Below are positions 59,222-64,000 of a DNA stretch of 64,000 bases, in pieces (position 1 is the first letter of the stretch; every line of letters starts with the position of its first letter). A program made the translations under genes and the position numbers. The notes under the pieces were generated by a model. The model made no database searches. It was not told the DNA's origin and saw only the letters and a list, made by a program, of their open reading frames with translations. The stretch is from an uncultured Acidimicrobiia bacterium (GTDB lineage Bacteria > Actinomycetota > Acidimicrobiia > Spongiisociales > JAOTWH01), in assembly GCA_964347285.1 (NCBI GenBank), contig CAYFYE010000004.1, positions 731 through 64,730 of the forward strand. The letters are read 5' to 3'.

Positions 59222-62200
59222 GTGCCAGCCCTCGATCTGTTCTCGGAAGCCACCGCAGCGTGGTTCCGGGCCGCCTTCGCTTCTCCTACTGCTGCCCAGG
59301 AGCACGGCTGGCCGGCCATCGCCTCGGGTGAGCACACCCTGATCCACGCTCCCACCGGGTCGGGCAAGACGTTGGCGGCATTCCTGTGGTGTCTGGATCG
59401 GGTCCTGGTGGAGCCCGTTCCCCCGGCTGAAAAGCGCACCCGAGTGCTGTACGTCTCGCCCCTGAAGGCGCTGGCATACGACATCGAACGCAACCTCCGC
59501 GCCCCCCTAGCGGGCATCGCTGTGGCCGCCGGAAGGCTCGGGCTGGACGCGCTACCCGAGGTCGTCACCGCCATGCGGACCGGCGACACCCCTCCCGACG
59601 AGCGACGGCGCCTCCATCGCCATCCCCCCGACATCCTCATCACCACACCGGAGTCGCTCTATTTGATGCTCACCTCTCGGATACGCGAAACCCTGGCCGC
59701 GGTGCGCTGGGTCATCGTCGATGAGGTCCACGCTTTGGCCGGCAACAAGCGGGGAGCCCACCTGGCCCTGTCCCTGGAGCGCCTCGAAGAGATCATTGAG
59801 AGCTCGCCACAGCGCATCGGGCTCTCGGCCACCCAACGACCGCTTCAGGAGATCGGCCGCTTCCTGGGAGGCGGCACCGTCGCCGGGGACCAATGGCGGC
59901 CTCGAGGGGTGCGGATCGTCGATGCTCCCCGGGACAAGGAACTCGAGATCGAGGTCGTCGTGCCGATCGAGGACATGGCCCGGCCCGAGGAATCGCTGGA
60001 CATCCAGGAGGGTCCCGGAGCCACCGGGCCGCCGCGCCGCTCCATCTGGCCGACCATGTATCCCCGGCTGCTCGACCTGGTCCAGGCCCACCGATCGACG
60101 ATCATCTTCGCCAACAGCAGGGCGCTCGCCGAGCGCATCGCCCGCCAGCTCAACGACTTGGCCGAGACCGAAGTGGCCCAGGCCCACCACGGCTCGGTGT
60201 CTCGGGAACAGCGGATCGAGATCGAGGATCGGCTCAAGCGGGGCGCGTTACGGGCGGTCGTAGCCACCTCGACCCTCGAGCTGGGGATCGATATGGCCAC
60301 CGTCGACCTGGTGATCATGGTGGAGTCGCCCCCCAGCGTCGCCAGCGGCCTGCAGAGGGCCGGCCGGGCCGGTCACCAGGTGGGAATTCCCAGTCGGGCC
60401 CGGGTCTTTCCCAAGCATCGAGGCGACCTGCTCGAAGCGGCCGTCGTGGTCCAGGGCATGTACCGGGGTGCCATCGAGCCAACGGCCGTGCCCGCCAACC
60501 CTCTCGACGTACTCGCCCAGCAGATCGTGGCTGCGGTGAGCATGGACGAATGGGACGTCGAGAGGCTGTTCTCCGTGGCCCGCCGGGCGGCACCGTATGC
60601 CGATCTGGGACGGGGGTCGTATGAGGCGGTGCTCGACATGCTGTCCGGGCGCTTTCCGTCCGACCAGTTCGCCGAGCTGCGACCCAGATTGGTCTGGGAC
60701 CGGGTCGCCGGCTCTCTGTCGGCCCGGGCCGGCGCCCGGATGCTGGCGGTCACCAATCCGGGGACCATTCCCGACCGCGGCCTGTACCGGGTTGTGCTAC
60801 CCGAGGGAGGCAAGGTGGGTGAGCTCGACGAGGAGATGGTCTACGAGTCCCGGCCCGGAGACGTCTTCCTGCTCGGATCATCCGCCTGGCAGATCAGCGA
60901 GATCGATCACGATCGGGTAGTGGTGGCTCCGGCCCCCGCCGGAGCGACTCCCCGCCTCCCGTTCTGGAGAGGAGACGGCTTGGGCAGGCCCATCGAGCTG
61001 GGACGAGCAGTAGGCGAGTTCCTTCGCAGCTTGGCCCCGCTCCACCCCGAGGAAGTGGCCCGGCGCCTCCAGGCCGACTACCGGCTCGATCCGCTGGCCG
61101 CCGCCAACCTGAGCGCCTACCTGGCCGAGGAAAAGGAGGCCACCGGCACGCTCCCCACCGACCGGACCCTGGTGATCGAACGTTTTCGCGACGAGATCGG
61201 TGACTGGCGAATGGTGCTGCTGTCTCCCTTCGGAGCCCGGGTGCACGCCCCTTGGGCTCTGGCCGCCTCCCGCCGGCTGCGCGAGGAATACGGCTTCGAT
61301 GCAGACGGGATCTGGAGCGACGACGGCGTCGTCTTCCGCTTTCCCGACGCCGACGAGTCCCCCGACCCCGCGGTCCTGCTCATCGATCCCGACGAGGTGG
61401 AGCAGCTGGTCATAGACGAGGTCGGCGAGAGCGCGCTGTTTGCCTCCCGCTTCCGAGAGGCCGCCGCCAGGGCGCTGCTGCTGCCCCGACGGCGGCCCGA
61501 CCGCCGCACGCCGCTCTGGCTGCAACGGCGACGCTCCACCGACCTCCTCAAGGTGGCTCGCGACTATGGCTCCTTCCCCATCGTGCTCGAGGCCTATCGA
61601 GAGATGCTGCAAGATCACTTCGACCTGCCCGCCCTCATCCAGCTGCTAGGCGCGATTCGCTCTCGCGAGATCAGGGTGGCCCAGGCCGACACCCAATCCC
61701 CGAGTCCCTTCGCCTCCTCCCTGCTGTTCGACTTCGTCGCCACCTACATGTACGAGTACGACGCACCCTTGGCCGAACGGCAGGCCACTGCATTGACCCT
61801 GGACCGGGATCTGCTGCGTGAGCTGCTCGGTGAGCCCGAGCTGCGAACGCTTCTCGACCCCGAGGCCCTCCAACAGGTCGAACTGGAGCTGCAGCGGCTC
61901 GCCCCCGGCTACCGGGTCAGCGGGGCCGACGGCATTCACGACCTGCTCCGTCATCTCGGTCCACTGACCCGGCCCGGCATCGAAGCCCGCATCGATGACC
62001 CGGCCACGGTTCGGCAGCTGCTGACCGACCTCGAGGCCGCCGGCCGGGTGTTCCCGGCCGGCGGCGATGAACGCTGGGCGGCTGCCGAGGATGCCGCTCG
62101 TTTACGCGACGGGCTGGGCGTCTCCCTTCCACAAGGCATTCCCGGCGACTTCCTCGAACCGGTGGAAGATCCTCTCGGTGACATCATCGGGCGGTACGCC

Positions 62201-63607
62201 CGAACCCGGGCTCCGTTCACTACGGCCGAGGCTTCCGACGACTTGGGGCTGCCGGCGGCGGTAGTCGCCGGGGTCCTCGAGCGCCTGGAGGCATCCGGGC
62301 GGGTGGCTCGGGGGGCGTTCCGGCCCCACGGCGAGGACCAAGAATGGGCCGACACCGAAGTTCTGCGTCGGATTCGCAGACGATCGCTGGCCGCTCTTCG
62401 CAAACAGGCCGAGCCGGCCGAGCCGGCCGCTTTGGCGATGCTCCTTCCGGAATGGCAGGGCGTCGGCAGCAAGGCCGCCGGGCCGGACCGGCTGGTCGAG
62501 ATCGCACGCGTCCTCCAGGGAAGCCCGATACCGGCCTCGATCCTCGAACACGACGTCCTGCCCGCTCGTATGTCCTATCAGCCCGAGCTTCTCGACCAGC
62601 TCACGGCTTCGGGCGAGATGGTGTGGGTGGGGCGCGGTCCGCTCGGAGCCCGGGACGGAAGGGTGGCTCTCTATCTGCGAGATCAGATCCCCCTCCTCCA
62701 CCTGGCCCTCGAGGGCGAGCGTCCCAAGGGAACAATCCACACCGCCCTTCGGCGCCACCTCCAAGATCGAGGAGCCTCCTTCTTCCGTGACCTCTATCAG
62801 GCCGCCGGTGGAGGGGATCCCGGAGAGGTGCTCGACGCGCTCTGGGACCTGGTCTGGTCCGGAGAAGTGACCAACGACACGATTGCGCCGTTGCGCGCCT
62901 TCCTGTGGGGCAAGGTCCGCAGTCGAACTCAGCGGCGCCCCCACGTGCCCGGGTCCGTGCCCCCCTCGGCAACGGGCCGGTGGTACCTGGTCACCGATCT
63001 GGTGGAGCCCGCTCCCCCGATCACCGAGCGGGCCGCCGCCGTCGTTCGACAGCTCCTCGATCGCAACGGCCTGCTCACCAGGTCGGTGGTGTCCGCCGAG
63101 GGCGTTCCCGGCGGTTTCTCGGCCGTCTATCCGGTGCTGCGGGCCATGGAGGACGCCGGCCGGGTGCGACGCGGCTATTTCGTAGAGGGGCAGGGCGGCA
63201 CCCAGTTCTCGCTCCCCGGGGCCGTCGATCGGCTCCGCCGCCGTCCCGAATCCGAGGCCCGCCTCCTCGCTGCCGCGGATCCTGCCAACCCCTACGGAGC
63301 AGCCATCCCGTGGGTGGAGCATCCGGCGGGCCGGCCGAGCCGTAGTGCCGGCGCTTTCGTTCTCCTCGTGGATGGTGAGCTGGTGGCATTCGTGGAGCGG
63401 GGCGGCCGCAAGGTGATCACGTTCACCGATGATGACGAGGTGCTCGACAAGGCGGCCGGCCTCATCGTCGATCTCGCCGCAACTCGGCTCCGCCGGATGG
63501 AGATCGAGATGGTGGACGGCGCCCCTACCGCCCATACCCCCTTCGGCGCTCGTCTCGCCCAGGCCGGGTTCCGCCAGTCCTACAAAGGCCTGGCCTATCG
63601 AGGCTGA
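59222..63607 (+). CDS. lhr: Lhr-family SF2 helicase (long form)
   Basis: APTGSGKT, TTPESL, DEVH, GLSAT, HHGS, TLELGID, QRAGRAGH; extended C-terminal domain. Confidence 0.95.
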   Translation: MPALDLFSEATAAWFRAAFASPTAAQEHGWPAIASGEHTLIHAPTGSGKTLAAFLWCLDRVLVEPVPPAEKRTRVLYVSPLKALAYDIERNLRAPLAGIAVAAGRLGLDALPEVVTAMRTGDTPPDERRRLHRHPPDILITTPESLYLMLTSRIRETLAAVRWVIVDEVHALAGNKRGAHLALSLERLEEIIESSPQRIGLSATQRPLQEIGRFLGGGTVAGDQWRPRGVRIVDAPRDKELEIEVVVPIEDMARPEESLDIQEGPGATGPPRRSIWPTMYPRLLDLVQAHRSTIIFANSRALAERIARQLNDLAETEVAQAHHGSVSREQRIEIEDRLKRGALRAVVATSTLELGIDMATVDLVIMVESPPSVASGLQRAGRAGHQVGIPSRARVFPKHRGDLLEAAVVVQGMYRGAIEPTAVPANPLDVLAQQIVAAVSMDEWDVERLFSVARRAAPYADLGRGSYEAVLDMLSGRFPSDQFAELRPRLVWDRVAGSLSARAGARMLAVTNPGTIPDRGLYRVVLPEGGKVGELDEEMVYESRPGDVFLLGSSAWQISEIDHDRVVVAPAPAGATPRLPFWRGDGLGRPIELGRAVGEFLRSLAPLHPEEVARRLQADYRLDPLAAANLSAYLAEEKEATGTLPTDRTLVIERFRDEIGDWRMVLLSPFGARVHAPWALAASRRLREEYGFDADGIWSDDGVVFRFPDADESPDPAVLLIDPDEVEQLVIDEVGESALFASRFREAAARALLLPRRRPDRRTPLWLQRRRSTDLLKVARDYGSFPIVLEAYREMLQDHFDLPALIQLLGAIRSREIRVAQADTQSPSPFASSLLFDFVATYMYEYDAPLAERQATALTLDRDLLRELLGEPELRTLLDPEALQQVELELQRLAPGYRVSGADGIHDLLRHLGPLTRPGIEARIDDPATVRQLLTDLEAAGRVFPAGGDERWAAAEDAARLRDGLGVSLPQGIPGDFLEPVEDPLGDIIGRYARTRAPFTTAEASDDLGLPAAVVAGVLERLEASGRVARGAFRPHGEDQEWADTEVLRRIRRRSLAALRKQAEPAEPAALAMLLPEWQGVGSKAAGPDRLVEIARVLQGSPIPASILEHDVLPARMSYQPELLDQLTASGEMVWVGRGPLGARDGRVALYLRDQIPLLHLALEGERPKGTIHTALRRHLQDRGASFFRDLYQAAGGGDPGEVLDALWDLVWSGEVTNDTIAPLRAFLWGKVRSRTQRRPHVPGSVPPSATGRWYLVTDLVEPAPPITERAAAVVRQLLDRNGLLTRSVVSAEGVPGGFSAVYPVLRAMEDAGRVRRGYFVEGQGGTQFSLPGAVDRLRRRPESEARLLAAADPANPYGAAIPWVEHPAGRPSRSAGAFVLLVDGELVAFVERGGRKVITFTDDDEVLDKAAGLIVDLAATRLRRMEIEMVDGAPTAHTPFGARLAQAGFRQSYKGLAYRG

Positions 63608-63609
63608 TC

Positions 63610-64000
63610 GTGCCCGAGGGTGACGCCGTCTACCGCACCGCCCATCTCTGCGCGACGCCCTCGCCGGAGAGACGGTCGACGTCGACGGTTCGGCCCCGGC
63701 GCTGCGGCCTGGGCTCGACGATTGAGCGGTCGTGCTGTGACCGACGTCGAGAGCATTCGAGAGCGAGACCTTGTTCGCGCCAACCGCCACCGGGCCCGCC
63801 GGCTGATATTGACCAACCGCAAACAAGAGCGCCGGATCACCTCCGGTGACCGACGGCGGGGTCGCGGACTGTGGGTTTACGGCCGGGCCGGCCGGGCCTG
63901 CCGACGGTGCGGCGATGCCATCGCCCGGGGCCGGCTCGGCAACCCGCCCCGACTCACCTACCGGTGCCCGGGATGCCAGCGGCTCCCCACCGGCGACTGA
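63610..64000 (+). pseudogene. nei: Fragmented Fpg/Nei DNA glycosylase (nei)
   Basis: MPEGD start and C-terminal WVYGRAG..CRRC..CPGC zinc finger. Frameshifts at ~63646 and ~63707. Only 391 nt; the GKHL region and most of the H2TH domain are missing. Confidence 0.8.

Overview
A high-GC actinobacterial chromosome segment, probably Acidimicrobiia (inferred from gene content and order). It carries the conserved housekeeping backbone, mostly on the minus strand: thrS - [fusA2, gltA] - pgsA/patA/pimA - pdxST - yebC - ruvCAB - queA - tgt - yajC - secDF - apt - rel - hisS - aspS - rarA - alaS - ruvX - mltG - aroE - aroCKB - M24 peptidase - efp - nusB - mIHF - gmk - rpoZ - coaBC - priA. A complete type IVa pilus system is inserted in two places: the main cluster pilB-pilT-pilC-pilA-pilin2-pilD-pilMNO-pilP-like (8.5-18.1 kb) and a pilV/W/X-like minor-pilin operon (28.4-30.9 kb). 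Main observations: (1) PilT carries a ~179-aa N-terminal MshEN/T2SSE_N-like extension resembling the adjacent PilB N-terminus. (2) Four pil transcription units share a sigma-28/WhiG-type promoter. (3) A PilP-like gene is present with no secretin in the window. (4) A plus-strand accessory stretch after thrS holds an APH-fold pseudokinase with both catalytic Asp replaced by Asn, two tiny Cys4 proteins and a ~180-nt 6S-like RNA rod. (5) The nei gene after lhr is fragmented, and PriA lacks its helicase motifs. No CRISPR array, tRNA, rRNA or mobile element was recognised. All calls come from reading the sequence; no searches or folding programs were run.
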